From contig CM035356.1 in assembly GCA_020137815.1 (NCBI GenBank), positions 3,658,001-3,722,000 of the forward strand: DNA of 64,000 bases, read 5' to 3'. Below the pieces are notes generated by a model. That model saw only the letters and a list, made by a program, of their open reading frames with translations. It did no database searches and was not told where the DNA came from. Source of the stretch: Hormiphora californensis (taxonomy: Eukaryota; Animalia; Ctenophora). The position numbers and the translations under genes were made by a program. Every line of letters begins with the position of its first letter. Position 1 is the stretch's first letter. This document shows, piece after piece, positions 1 through 13,400 of this stretch.

Positions 1-868
1 GCAGGACAGCCACACTCCGAGGTTGTGTTGCTGAGGGCTGCTGCAGCTCCTCAGTTGGAGCCCCTCGTTCCCTGGCCCTCCGGACCCTGTCATACTCCCG
101 TGCCCGCTCTCTCCGGGGGCAGGGAGGGGGACGGGGCCTCCGGACCCTCCTGTCCCGCTCAGGCGGAGCCCGAACCTGCTGGCGACACTTTGGACACGTA
201 GTTCTCTGTCTCAGCCAGGGATCAACACACGACACATGATAATCGTGTTTACAATTCAAAACCTTCGCTTTGTCCCCCTTTTTGAAATCCTCCAAACAAA
301 TATCACAACTACCCCCGCCATCATCCTTGACTTTTCGAACAGGTATTCGCTGGATTTGAGCCAGAGTAAGGATGCGTGGAGCAATATGGGGGAGTCTATC
401 CTCTGGAATTTGTTCCCCCGGTTCAAACCACACCTCTCTGTTTCGTTGTGGTGCTGGAAACACATGGCTGTTAATATCGATATCTCCACCTCCAGCCTGT
501 CGCGGAGGGACCTGTGACGAATCTCTAAAACCCAAGTTTTCAGAGCTGTTTAGCGGAATGCCACCTCTACGGGGTGGTCGGAACGAATGACGTGATTGTC
601 TCTGGCCGTTACGGTCACGTCTCCGGGGTTGCCGAGGCACCACTGGTAATAGAGACATGAGATTGAGCGAGTTGTCGATCACCCTGTTTAGCTCTTCGTC
701 AACCGAAAACAACTCTTCGGCATCTGGAACCATCGATCGCGTGCCAATGTCAGAACTGCTGTTGAATCCAGATCTCACAGAGTCTCGAAATGTGCTCATC
801 TGCGACTCAATTTCATTGAAAATGTTGTCTGTCATTCCACTTCTTCCCGACCAAGAAACGTGAAGCAT
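1..868 (-). CDS. RING-H2 finger E3 ubiquitin ligase-like protein, partial (runs off left window edge; absent from ORF track)
   Basis: Open frame from ATG 868 to the window edge. It encodes CDICLEDFKKGDKAKVLNCKHDYHVSCVDPWLRQRTTCPKCR, a canonical C3H2C3 RING-H2 motif. Confidence 0.9.
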   Translation of the reverse strand, partial: MLHVSWSGRSGMTDNIFNEIESQMSTFRDSVRSGFNSSSDIGTRSMVPDAEELFSVDEELNRVIDNSLNLMSLLPVVPRQPRRRDRNGQRQSRHSFRPPRRGGIPLNSSENLGFRDSSQVPPRQAGGGDIDINSHVFPAPQRNREVWFEPGEQIPEDRLPHIAPRILTLAQIQRIPVRKVKDDGGGSCDICLEDFKKGDKAKVLNCKHDYHVSCVDPWLRQRTTCPKCRQQVRAPPERDRRVRRPRPPPCPRRERAREYDRVRRARERGAPTEELQQPSATQPRSVAVL

Positions 869-1196
869 GGCCTACTGCGACAGGAATTTCGACCGTTCAG
901 GATTTGAAATGTAGGACCTAAAAAATAAAATGTACAACAAAGGACAGTCAATTAATAGTAAAAAGACATGGGGATCGAGCCAAGGCCTAAGAAAAACAAA
1001 AATGGTCAACGCCGTCCGCAGAACAGGAAAAGAAAAAAGCGCGAGTGGATTTTTTTTGTGGAGCTTCATTTTTTTTTTTTTGGGGGGAGAGCGCTCCCGT
1101 ATTAAAACCTTGGTTCCGAGAGTACTCGGATGTACATGATGCATGCGCTCTCTGGCGCCAAAGGAACTCTGTGCTATAAGGCACTACAACAATCAA

Positions 1197-2429
1197 TTAC
1201 ATCAGATATAAATCTTCAGTAGTGTCCTCTCTCAGTCTTCCTCTGAACCCTCGAAGTGAAAGAGTGACACTCCTCACCATCGAGAAGGACAATCTTAGGC
1301 GAATATATCTCACACACTCTTCGTATCTGTTGCCACTCTTGTCTGATTTCTTTTCTGCAAGATGCTTTACGAAGCGGGAGAACTCACGCCCGAGACCGCC
1401 AGTTGTTGCCATAACCAGGGGAGTAAACGCTCCACCATCCACTTCTAACACCCTATGGTTGTATCCCGTCTTCTTTTCTTTCTCGTGTTTGATGAATGTC
1501 TGGGGGATCGACTGGACAGCATTGGATGTGGCTTGGGAGTTTAATACTCTTACGTCGAAGAATGCCTTGTCCATTGGTGTCCAGAAGTCCCGTGTAGAAA
1601 TGTCCAGTCGAGCGTGATCGTCCGTTATTGTTCCTTCAGGAAGATCCCGCCCGTTGGTGGAAAGAAGGCGAGGTTCAATCTGAGTGTTGTAACATACTCT
1701 GTCCAGTTCCCCTGCAATGTAGTCTCGAACACGGTTGTGTCGGAGAGAAACATATCCACCTTTCTTACATGATAATGCATGTTCGATAGTGTTTTTCTCC
1801 CCACAGCAGCATGTTTCAGGCCTCGGATCCCCAACTATCGGCATGTTATACCTAACAGACATTGCATCGTGAAACTCTTGTCTCGTAAGATGAAATCGGA
1901 GTTTCTCAAGTGGCAAGCACGTGAGAAATGAAGAGGCCCCTTTCTCGCTAATCCAGTCGAGGTTTCTCTGTTCTTTGGGACTTAGCTTCTGTTTTATCTT
2001 CTCCGCCATACTCTTCAAGAGATCGTTTTTTATTTTCTTGATTGATGCAAGCACTTCCCGCTGTTCCTCTGGTTTCTGTTTGTATTCCTTCTTCTGTTTC
2101 ACAATAGCTTCACAAAGCTTGGATGTAACTGCAACAGAGTTGGCATACTCCAGGTCCGCCATAATGACGGGATTGTCGATACCTAGTCCACCCAGGCGTG
2201 CAGGCAGGGCCATGATGTTACGAAGGTTGTCATCGATGAAAGGCTGTCCCGTTATGGCTGGTAGGAGCTTGTGAAGAATAGCATCCTCTATTTCTTGAAG
2301 ATAGCATGAGATTCCCGGGGTTGTTCTTGTGAGAAACGACCATTCCTTGCTAACTCCTATCACATAAGCTGAGTGTGCCAGCTGTGGCTCAATCTTAGCG
2401 ATTTCGCACATGCTGTCAATGTCATCTAA
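1197..2429 (-). pseudogene. CRE-like ORF, C-terminal part (thumb, zinc knuckle, RLE endonuclease)
   Basis: 412-aa ORF with LPARLGGLGI, HALSC, RHN and D-rich RLE motifs. It continues the RT frame once 2430-5831 is removed. Confidence 0.85.
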
Positions 2430-2725
2430 AGTCAAATTTTAAATGAGTGTCGTTTTTTAAAAAGCCGCGCAATTTTGATTTGCGCGTCGGAATTTTGCGC
2501 GAAGAACCCTTCGTCGCCATCTTCGTCGCGCGCAGCCGCTGCCGCAAAGAAGTGGCGGGAATGGCATAGACCACATCAGGTGATGACCAAATATGGTATA
2601 ATGAAGTCACGTTACTGTCATGTGTTAGGATCTACGTTCTAGTGCAGTCCCTTGTACACACATGAGCTGCAGTTGTATTATTGTACACAATCAGCGATCA
2701 AATAATCCATTTTTCAGATAACGTG

Positions 2726-2831
<106 letters not shown>

Positions 2832-2846
2832 TAGAGAGGAAGAAAG

Positions 2847-3357
2847 GGGGGGGGCGTCACCTTTTATTTTGCCCATATTTGCCCATATTTGCCCATATGG
2901 GCAAAAGTGAATTTTCAAAAATCGTGGGACTTTGGGCAAAATGGGCAAAAATGGGCAAAAAAATAACTCCTGCATCTTACATCATAGATAGGTTTATAGC
3001 CACTATAATCGAAGCAGAATTTCACGCTGAGGAAGATGCTTGTATTTATTTTGTTCTATGACGTTTCTAAAACCCATTAAAGCCAAAAAAACCTAAAAAA
3101 CCTAAAAAATCCTAAATTTAGGATTTGACCACTAAAAACAATTTGACTACTAATTAGACACCAAAGACCATTCTGACCGAGTTTTTAAGAGATGACATCA
3201 AGGTATAGAGTTGAAAAAAGGACATATAACACTGAAAATTTCATTTTGCCCATTTTTGCCCACTTTTGCCCATTTTTGCCCATTTTGCCCATATGGGCAA
3301 AACCAAAATTCGCTGGGATTATGGGCAATGGGCAAAAAAAAAGGTGACGCCCCCCCC
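2847..3357. mobile_element. 511-bp MITE with G8CGTCACCTTTT TIRs and TTTGCCCA subterminal arrays
   Basis: Exact 8-bp TSD GAAGAAAG (2839-2846 and 3358-3365); inverted termini; tandem TTTGCCCAT/ATGGGCAAA repeats at both ends. Confidence 0.8.
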
Positions 3358-3864
3358 GAAGAAAGATAGGAATAGATAGAGTGAGATATCGATGGTTTCG
3401 ATGATTCAACGACAATTTTCTTTGTATGTGTTTAACTGATTTCGGTATAAAAGAGTTCACAATAACAATAACAAATCGATTTATACACACGCTCAGACCC
3501 TACGCATACAAGATTCCGGGACAATAGAACACTACAAAATCATCATATCTGATAGCGGTTAATCACTCCCTGTAAACAGTAGAGTCACAAAGTTCACACC
3601 TGTACCTCTCTGTTATACTGATGGTTTACAAGTTTAAGAAACTTTTCCCTGCTCCATCTTCCAGGATCAGATGCCCTCTTCAATCTTCTCTCACGGCCTT
3701 TAAATCCAGATATTGCTACACGTCCAAGTGATAGTCTGTCATGATCTTTCCTGGGAGATTAAATTTGTTGTGAGAGGAATAGAGAAGATCAAGGGGAGAG
3801 AGAGGGGGGCCGGGGCGGGGGGAATGATATCACTCCGTCTTGTAGTGCACCACCCCACCTCTTC

Positions 3865-4053
3865 TGAACGGTAAGCGATAAGTGTTGCCTTGATTTGGAC
3901 ACAATTTTTTACAGTTTTGGTCATAACTCATCCATTTCTAGGCCAAATTGCAAAATCCTGGCCCCAACATTCTGCAATTTGGCCAAGAAATAGATGAGTT
4001 ATGACCAAAACTGTAAAAAATTGTGTCCAAATCAAGGCAACCCTTACCGTTCA
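3865..4053. mobile_element. Palindromic MITE-like element
   Basis: Near-perfect inverted arms (TGAACGGTAAG..GTTGCCTTGATTTGGACACAATTTTTT.. and its reverse complement) around a short loop. Confidence 0.7.
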
Positions 4054-4768
4054 AAACATAACTACAGGGTGGTTCAGAAAGATGGAGCCACTTTGTGATA
4101 ACTATTGTTTCGTTCTCCTATCTACTGTGTAATTTTCACGGTCTACTGATTAGAAAAAGAGGAGAAAGTGTCCCTGAGGATTGCGATCACCTTTCTAATC
4201 ACCTTTACAATCCCTCAGAGGTCGGGAAAGTACCTTAATTCAACAATTAAGGCCAATTAGACCCAATTATACTCCATTGGGGCACTTTATCGACCTCTGG
4301 AAAATTGCTTACGTGATTCAGCGTATCTTAATTAGTCGAAAAAGTGCCCTCACATAAGCATCTATCATTTCCAGGTGAAAAGTTGCAAATGGGGTCATTA
4401 TGTAATGAATGAGTTTCAGTTTTTACTCTCCAAGCTTCGTAAAAAGACCAAGTTTGGTCAGTCTGTGCGACTTGGTCAAAATCTTGCCCACATATGGCCA
4501 TGGTCAAGCTTGGGCAGTCTGTGCACACCCCAATAATTGTTATAAATGAGAGCGTTTTCTTACCAAATATGAAGAATACTGTAATCGATAGAGGGGTTTG
4601 AAACTGAATCCAACGTTAGCCATCCCGATATCAGTGAAATGCCTGGGGAAGGAGCGAGGGTTAGAATTCACCCGAGAATCAAGAAATCGAGGGGAGGGTT
4701 ACAAATTTACAAAATAAATCCATCCTCCATTCTCTCTCCACCATCTCAGCTCTCCATTTTTCTCTCTC

Positions 4769-4838
<70 letters not shown>

Positions 4839-5831
4839 TCTCCATTTTTCTCACCCCATTCTCTCTCCACCCTCTCAGCTCTCCATTTTTCTCACCCCAT
4901 TCTCTCTCCACCCTCTCAGCTCTCCATTTTTCTCTCTCCATTCTCTCTCCAGACTCCACCCTCCATTTTTCTCTCTCCACTCTCTCCACCCTCTTCATAC
5001 TTTCTATGGCTCACATCACAGGGTGAGATTGAACAAAGGGCTAGGCCCTATGCATATGCATGCATCATGTAGTGTCAGCAATAAATAAGAATAATTAGTC
5101 AGGAACATGAGACAAATAAACATGTTCTTTCTTGTTACCTGGTAATAATGGTTGTTCATTGGGATACAGCAGAGGGGTGGACCACCGAACACACCGTTGA
5201 CACTAGACTGTGGAATTCACGGCATAACGTAATAACCGTAATAACCGTCTTTAGAGCAACCTCGATAGCCACAGGTACTCCTACCTGAAAGGGTTAAGAT
5301 TGTTACCAACAGGTATTCATGAGGTCGACGGCCGAAGCAGTGACAATTATCCTATCCAAAACCGAAAAAGCAACATTCGAGTTGCCCTGTTTTTAGCAAG
5401 AGACTGTCGTCACTCGCCATGTTTGTGTTGAAAAATGTTTGTGTTGAAAAATTGGGTTCAAGTTCCAAATCAGAACTTTCTGGCGGCGCCAGAACCCATT
5501 TTGACAGTATGCTCAGATCGGATCGGCGATGCCAGACAGAATCAGAACGATTTTCATACCTGCTACGTCTTTTCAGAGATATAGTGGGCTCGCACAGTCG
5601 CACAGGGACAAAGAGCAAGGAGAGGACAACGCAACACATCTGATCAATGATCATGTCTGAAGAGAACAAAGGAACAACTGCGCGGGAAATGAGGAGAACA
5701 ATGGGATCTCCTCATCCAACGCGACATGTCAAATGTATAGTGGCCATGGCTTGATCGATTTCGCGAGATTTCGTGGACGCGCACTAGATTTGGTGCGCGC
5801 CACGCGACACTCATTAAAAATTCGACTTTAA

Positions 5832-6324
5832 CCATTTTTTCATCTCTTCCTTCACAAACGCCTCTTTCCCTTCTTCGCTTCCAATGAACGATCCCAAATA
5901 ACGATGCCCTCTAGACGTGACGTTCACATCAGGAAATAGTTGTCTGCCCTTTTCCTCAAGTCCCTTCTTGACAACCAACCAGCTCTTACCAGGATCGGGG
6001 TAGTATCCAAACGCTGGTCCAGATGCCTTAACACTTTCCCACCACTGAGAAACTTTCTCAAGTTTACCAGCACCTGTTCCATCATCAGCATAGAATATGG
6101 TGAGGACCTCTTCTAACTGGTCAAGAGTGTTGACAAAGGGCATCAAGGAGCAGGAATACATCCCCATGGCAGTGGAATCACCCTGGGTGGTACCCTCTCT
6201 TGATTGAAGTACCTCGTGGTTATCTCCATCTGTAACAAATAGGTTCGCCGGAATACCATAAGTGTTCGCAAGGTACTGATGAAATTCGGGGCACACATGT
6301 TTCATGTTACTCAAAGCAGCTTTT
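5832..6324 (-). pseudogene. CRE-like reverse transcriptase fragment
   Basis: AALSNMKHVCP...SREGTTQGD...FYADDGTG...YYPDPGKSWL...YLGSFIG. Confidence 0.85.
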
Positions 6325-6795
6325 CAGATTTTTTTTCAAAACTTTTCATTTTGCGAGCGCGTTTTAGCACGCGCATTGTTGCCGCCGCGCATTAGTTTAT
6401 TTGAAGCACTACACCCTTTCCAGTTCCACTTCCAGCAACAAACTGTTCGAGGAGCCGATAACGTCTGATCCATTTAGCTCAGTCTAGAATATTATAAACA
6501 ATATTTGGGCCAGTGTAAAACAATTAAAAATAAATTACTCGTAAAAACAGCTTACTCATTTCATCTCATTATCTGATCCTGAACACTCTCCCTCACTTAA
6601 CTCTCCCTGCTCTTCTGCCGCATTACGAATAATAGCCGTAGCCCGGTCCGGGGCTATGGAATTGAGTCCGACTGGGGCATCCCACGCCCTCATAGGCTGG
6701 GGAACAGGCTTTCTGAGGGCCTAATTTTGATATCTTCCTTTACCACCTCCTCCTCCTCTCCTATCTCTTCTCCCATCTGTTCGCCACTATTTGGA

Positions 6796-7277
6796 TCAAC
6801 AGCCTGCTGCTGCACGTTGTTTATCACTGGTCTCCCTCAACAGACTATCAAATAGATCGGGTTCGTGGGTCATTACTTGCTGTACACTGGGTTTGAAGAC
6901 GTCCGTTTGAAGAGAGGTTCCTTTCTTAACGAACGCCCCATATCCCTTGATCATTGTCGCAATCTTGGTTGCTACTGCTGGTGTCACTGTCTTTTCTTCT
7001 GCAGGGGTAGGGGGTAGTTAGAGATTATAATACTGACAAAAAACAACAAGATTCTCCCCGGGCTCTACGATCACGAATTGCAACTCTAGTTATATTTTAC
7101 CTGATTGCACGGCAACAAGTTGGTAACCTTCGACAGGTTTAGTGTAGCTCAACTCGAACTTTTTAGGTTTCTCCATGTAGGGTATGGGAGCGTGAGTGGT
7201 ATTTGGAATAAATCCAAGCACTGGATCTTCTCCATCCTCGCTCATCTTTTCCTGGGGATCCTGGAAAAAAGGGGGGG

Positions 7278-7325
<48 letters not shown>

Positions 7326-7370
7326 GAGTGAGAGTGAGAGTGAGAGAGAGAGTGAGAGAGAGAGAGAGGG

Positions 7371-7465
<95 letters not shown>

Positions 7466-10400
7466 TTATGGAGAGAGTTATGGAGAGAGAGAAAACGAGA
7501 AAAATGAGGAAAAGCCCCATCCCTCGATGAGATTTACCTTCTTATCAGTGGAGGAGATACTAAGTGTAGTCTCAAGGGCATCAACAAGGGCCTTATCATT
7601 TCGTCTTGCCTTCTTACGTCGTTTCAACATCCGCTGATGCTTCTTTTTCGCTACAGGGGAGAGGTTAAACTCAGGGAAAGGTGATATGATAGCTAAAGTG
7701 GGGAAAAGTTCAGACTGCATGAATGATGAACAATGCGTGTTAAACTTACTATGTTGCTGTTCAATAGTTAGTTCATCCTCAACAGTAAATATGTACTTAA
7801 CATCATCTTCATTACACTCACTCCTTAACAAACCAAGATAGACACCTCCCGGCTCTTTCCTGAAGGGTAGTTAGTAGAATCAGAGTGATAGTTGACTTAT
7901 TGGACCCGCCCCCTCTTTTTTACAAATGAAAAGCAGGGTTAGAACTTAAAACATAACAGAGTGAGAGAATGGGGTACACAATGGGTAAGCAAGGGTGGAA
8001 ATGATATCTTACTTTCTATCCCCAGCTGCAGTCATCTGTCCACCATTCCTTTCTATATCCTCCGTTTTGAAAAGTAGTTCCAACGCTTTCTCTTTTCCTA
8101 TTCTATCTACCACTCGATGTATCAACTTCTGCTTTTTCTGAAAGTTAATTTAATTAAATGGAATACTTTCAAATTGTTCGTTCCAATCATGTTTCCTGTT
8201 CTCAGGTTCTCGGATCAACAACCATGACGAAAACAGAAAAGAAGAAGAATGCTCATATCAAGTGTATGTGAGTGCGCGCGCGTTCAGGCGCCACCCGCGC
8301 CAACATCATTACAGCTGGACTCCAAATATGCTAGTCGTCGTTGCGGGATCTTAGTCGTCCTGAGCAACAAAGAAAACATGAACTGATAAATTTTAGGTAA
8401 CGCTTTCTGTATAAATTATTGTATTGTAGGATTTTATTATGCCTATAAGTTGTACCTGAAAACTTATAACACGAGACCGAAGGTCGAGTGTTATAAGTGC
8501 AACAATAATGATCCGAGACCACAGGTCGAGGCAGATTCTTGTACTTTAGTGCACGAGCCTGCGAGTGCCACTAAGTGTAACTACCTCACGAGCCTGCGAG
8601 TGATGTAGTTTTACTTTTTGACCGAGCCTGCGAGGTCTAAAAGTGTACGAATCTGGGACATTATTGTTGACGTCAGGTACAACGAAAACAGGCATAATAA
8701 AATTGCATTGTAAAATTTCTTAAAGTAAGAGTGGCACGCCGTATTTTCTCACAAAACTTAGTGGATGAACGGGGAGTACCACCAGGACCATTGGTACGGT
8801 ATCGAAAATTTCCAATTCTGTCTCGTTCATTAGTTATGACGTAATATGTTCGTTATTTCAACTTTCATAAAATTGCTCTACAGAAAAATCTGTGCATTGT
8901 GGATTGAAATGGATGCTTGCATCGTGTTCAGCGTCAAAAAATAGCCGGGGTACCAAATTTTGGTGTCTCTACCTTGTCTGTGAAGCGAGATATCGACAAT
9001 TATAAAAAACGACCAAAATGGGTGTGAGAGAGTTTGTTATCTTTGGGTGCTAAAGTCGGATTTTTTGAAGTTGTCACCCCCAAATGACCGCGCATGTGAA
9101 ATTTATCAATTTTGACGCGCACACCACACGTTAACATGTGATGTGACGCGCAAAAACATTCCGCGCACGAGAAGGGGGGTGACAACTTCAAAAAATCCGA
9201 CTTTAGTTGTTTGTGCGCGCCACCCACTTGTAACAAACTCTCTTTCTCTCACTTTGGTCGTTTTTGATAATTGTCGATATCTCGCGTTACAGACAAGGTA
9301 GAGACACAAAAATTTGGTACCCCGGCTATTTTTTGACGCTGAACACGATGCAAGCATCCATTTCAATCCACAATCACAGAAGACTTGTCTGCAGCGGTTC
9401 TTGGCCAACACGAAACATTTCAGGTTGACAAAAACCAACAAACTGAGAAATCATCAATTATTCGCCGTACCAAAAATGACATTCATCATCAGAAAATTGA
9501 GGAGATTCGAAGCAAAATGACTAGCGCCGAAAGCAGGAACCTTGATCTCCTGTCTGAGAAAGGTGCATCTTCTTGGCTTACTTGTCTTCCCCTCCAAGCA
9601 CTGAACTTTACACTGAACAGACAAGAGTGGCATGATGCTCTGTCTGCACGTTACAACTTGCCGCTGACAGGAGAAGCACTGCCTACCAACTGCGTGTGTG
9701 GAGAGGAAAATAGTATCGATCACTCAATTTCATGTAAGATCGGCGGTTTTGTATGCTTTCGCCACAACAACGTGAGAGACTTTATCGCAAGTGAGTTCAG
9801 TAATGTGTGTCACGACACGAAAGTTGAACCCCATCTGCTAAATGTACGAGGAATGAGTCTCCCAGAGGGAACTATTACGGCGGATGGAGCTCGCCTAGAT
9901 ATCAGTACACGTGATTTCTGGTCTAGCATGGATAACACCTATTTTGATGTGAGGGTATTTAATCCTAGGGTGGCATCCAACTCTAACCAGGCAATCTCTA
10001 AAGTGTATGAAAAACATGAGAGGGAGAAAAAGACTGGCTACCTTCATCGGGTCATTGAAGTTGAAAAATCGTCATTTACACCTCTGGTAATGTCCACGAC
10101 GGGGGGTCTCGGTCGGGAATTCAAAAAGACACTGAAACAGCTAGCCGATAAGAAAGCTAAGAAAACGGGATACACCTACGACCAATGCATCCGTTATCTT
10201 CGACTCAGACTATCATTCGCCATGGTGCGATCAATAACTGTCTCCATCAGGGGGCATCGGGGTAGATTGAGGGGCGAGGGCAACAGGGACGAGCAGCTGT
10301 ATCAAGTGGGGCAATAGACTCATTTTATATTTAATTTATTACAGATTTGATTATTATAAGTGTCTACACGTATTTATATTCAGGCCGATGTTGGCCGCCA

Positions 10401-13400
10401 CCCCTTTCAATCCACAATGCACAGATTTTTCTGTAGAGCAATTTTATGAAAGTTGAAATAATGAACATATTACGTCATAACTAATGAACGAGACAGAATT
10501 GGAAATTTTCGATACCGTACCAATGGTCCTGGTGGTACTCCCCGTTCATCCACTAAGTTTTGTGAGAAAACACGGCGCGCCACTCTTACTTTAAACAAGA
10601 GTGAGAGACACTTTAGGGCGTAACAATAGAACAAACTCATGATAAGGTAGCAGGCCGAGAAATCAGTATAAGATAAGATAACGCCTGAGATAGGTAAAGA
10701 GAGTGAGAGGTTAGTGAGAGTGAGAGAGATAAAGAATGTGTGGGTCCGGGAGTTCGTAACCGTTATCTTGATCTCGGTGCTGCAACGGCGTGAGAGTGTG
10801 ACATAAAGAAAGAGAATGAGAGGGAGTTCGTACACGTTTATCTTTCTAACGGTTTTTAAGTGTGACAGAAACAGTGGAGTTCTAAGTGCAGCGGTGTTAT
10901 AAGTTTTCATGTATCACTGCTAGCAGTTATACATGAAAACTTATAACACTGCCAGCAGTTATACATGAAAACTTATAACACTGCCCAGTGTTATAAGTTG
11001 TACAAGCAGTGCTACATAAAGAATTATATTATATCTCAAAATTTTACAATGTATGTTCTATTTGAACCGGTACCCCGGCTTTCGCAAAAAAAAAGGTACG
11101 AAGTGCACCGAGTTGAGCAAAAAACAAACTCACCTCTCGGAGTCGATATGCGATGGCTCCAGCAACAGCAAAATCAGGATACTCCGCATTCACCTTACTA
11201 AAATCATACCGGACAGGTCTTGTTTTCTCCAGCAGTTCGGTATCTTCCAACTTCTTAGTGCTCGTCTGGATGACCAGTCCGTTATTGTATCTAGGGATGG
11301 GCCATGTTAGAAGGGAGTGTAGGGAGGATTTGGGTCGGGGTAGGGGGTCGTTGGGGGTTGTACTATATGGGACTACCCGTGAAGCCTAGCCCTACTTTCC
11401 AGATCTGGTTAATTTTGAGAGAGAAGATAGAGAGGGAGAGAGAGACACCAAAGTTAGGTAACACTAAGCCAGAGAGTAGTCCCTATACCTGTGCTCACTG
11501 GTTTCGACAAATTTAGCCGCCTCTGCCTGTCTCTCCCCGGACAACACTGTATTATCTATAGCGCTCCTGTCATGTGTACTCTCCACCAGCTCTCCCTTTA
11601 CAAAGTTACTTTTAAATTCCGTTTTCAGTTTGGTAGCAGCAGCAACAGCAGCCTTGGTTGGTCGTGACGGGGAGCCAGGGGTTGTGGATGTAGCGGTGGA
11701 GGAAGGAGGTAGAAAGGCAGCCAGTAAATCAGACATATCCCGCTCAGCTTTCTTTCTCTCAGCCTTCTCTTTTTTCCTTTCCTGACGCACCCTCTCCCTC
11801 TCCTTCTTATCTTTTTCCCGTTGCTTCTCCTTATTCTTCCTCTGTTTCTCCCTCTCCTTACTGATCTTGTCCTGTCTCAACAGCTGTTCTATCAACTCCT
11901 TGCTCTTCATCTCTATACTTTCCTCCGGGGTCTCCTCGACTTTCTTAGCAACTTTAACCGCCGCTTTACTCTTACCCTTCTTAGTAGTAGTAGTTGGGGT
12001 TGTGGTGGTGGTGGCGGGAGTTGCTGTGCTGTCGTATTTAGTACGGATAGAGTTGAGGAAGGCGAGATCATCAAGAATTGATACCTCTTTTTTGTCAGCG
12101 CCCTTCAGTGTAGATAGGAATGGGATAGTTTTAGTTGCGGGCGGGGCTTTCTCTACAGCAGTAGTTGGGACTTTCTTCTTTTTCTTAGGACTACTCTCGA
12201 CTACTGCCTTCTTTTTAGGCGAAGCAGCAACAGCAGCAGTAGAATTAGGGATGGTCTTAGTTACTGGAGTAGATTTAGGAGCCGTAGTTTCAACATCGCT
12301 GATCAGTTTATTATACTCCTCTTCCTCCTCACTGAGCTCCCCCTCTTCCATTTCCTCAAGAAGTGCTTTAATCTCACTCTCAGAGGGTTTGGGAGAGGCA
12401 GGCCGGGAAAAGGATCCGAGGATACTCCGAGGTTCAGAAAAGGTTGGTGTAATAACGGTTACTCTGTTGTTATCTGTCTCCATTTCTTCTGTTTCCCCCT
12501 CTGGAAGGGGAGTATCAGAAAGTTGGCCATCCTCCTCCCCCTCCTCTTCCTCCTTTTCAGCAGAGCTAGTTGCTGGAGGTGATGCGATAACAACTGCTGC
12601 TGGTAGGACTGGTTGAACGGGCTCACCCTTCAGAATTCTCTCCTTTTTCTTCTTCAGAGCCTCCTTGTCAGGATCAAAATGCATGAAATCATACACACTC
12701 TCCTTCTTACCCTCCTCCTCCTTCGCCGAGTCCCGTTTACTCCGAACTCTCTCCTGAATTTTCCGTCGTTTCCGGGCAACTGGATCGTCTGCCAGCTCAC
12801 CCAGATCGGTGTAGCTGTGGTTTACAACCCGAGCCGCAGCGGGTGCCCCTCCCTTCTTCTTTCTTTTAGCATCCCCAGCAGCCAGCCGGACCTCTCGTTT
12901 TGGTATACGCTCCCTCGGCTCCTTCATGAACATTTCCACGGTGAGTTCCTTCCGGTTAGACTTGCTGGTGCCGTGTGATGCAATGAGAGCATCATAGGAG
13001 GACGTCTTATTGGGCCGAGTCTCATCATACCTCCTCTTACCCTTTCTCTTATCACTTCTCTTGCTACTTCTTCCTCGGGAATCTGCCCGTTCGGGAGAAT
13101 CATACACCTGTATAACCTTCTCCGGTGTCTTCAGTTGGGGCGGGGGAGGTAGAGAGGCCGGGACAACAGGTGGTTGATGAGGGTAATACCCGGGGTATGC
13201 GGGGTACACTGCTGGGTGTGGGGGATGGTAGTTAGCTGGGATGTGGGGTGCTGGGGGAGGAGGAGGAGGGGGAGCTGGAGTGGGTCCCAGGAGTTTATTA
13301 ATCAGGAGCAGCGCCTGGTTGTGGTTATCTTGCCTGTTCACCATGTCCCCTACACACTAGAGAGAGAGAAGAGCGGTTAGGAAAGTGTGGAAGTATACTT

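Larger units (their letters stand above)
8431..11000. repeat. Hairpin-rich non-autonomous repeat (class uncertain) hosting the 8724-10590 MITE; host parts ~8431-8719 and ~10595-11000
   Basis: Repeated CGAGACCGAAGGTCGAG and GAGCCTGCGAG motifs; inverted repeat 8431-8459/8673-8702; GAAAACTTATAACAC occurs on both sides of the MITE in direct and inverted copies. Confidence 0.45.

Noticed and set aside
6330-6352. CRE insertion into a spliced-leader RNA gene
   Set aside because: Only a short low-complexity T/A-rich resemblance, with no donor GT or Sm-site arrangement; the other copies show no shared target.
8160-8310. Further degenerate CRE C-terminus (FQIVRS..SGSR)
   Set aside because: Similarity is too short, needs a frameshift and has no TSD.
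11821-12978. Long plus-strand ORFs (86, 249, 121 aa)
   Set aside because: Antisense shadows of the low-complexity PHAX exon.
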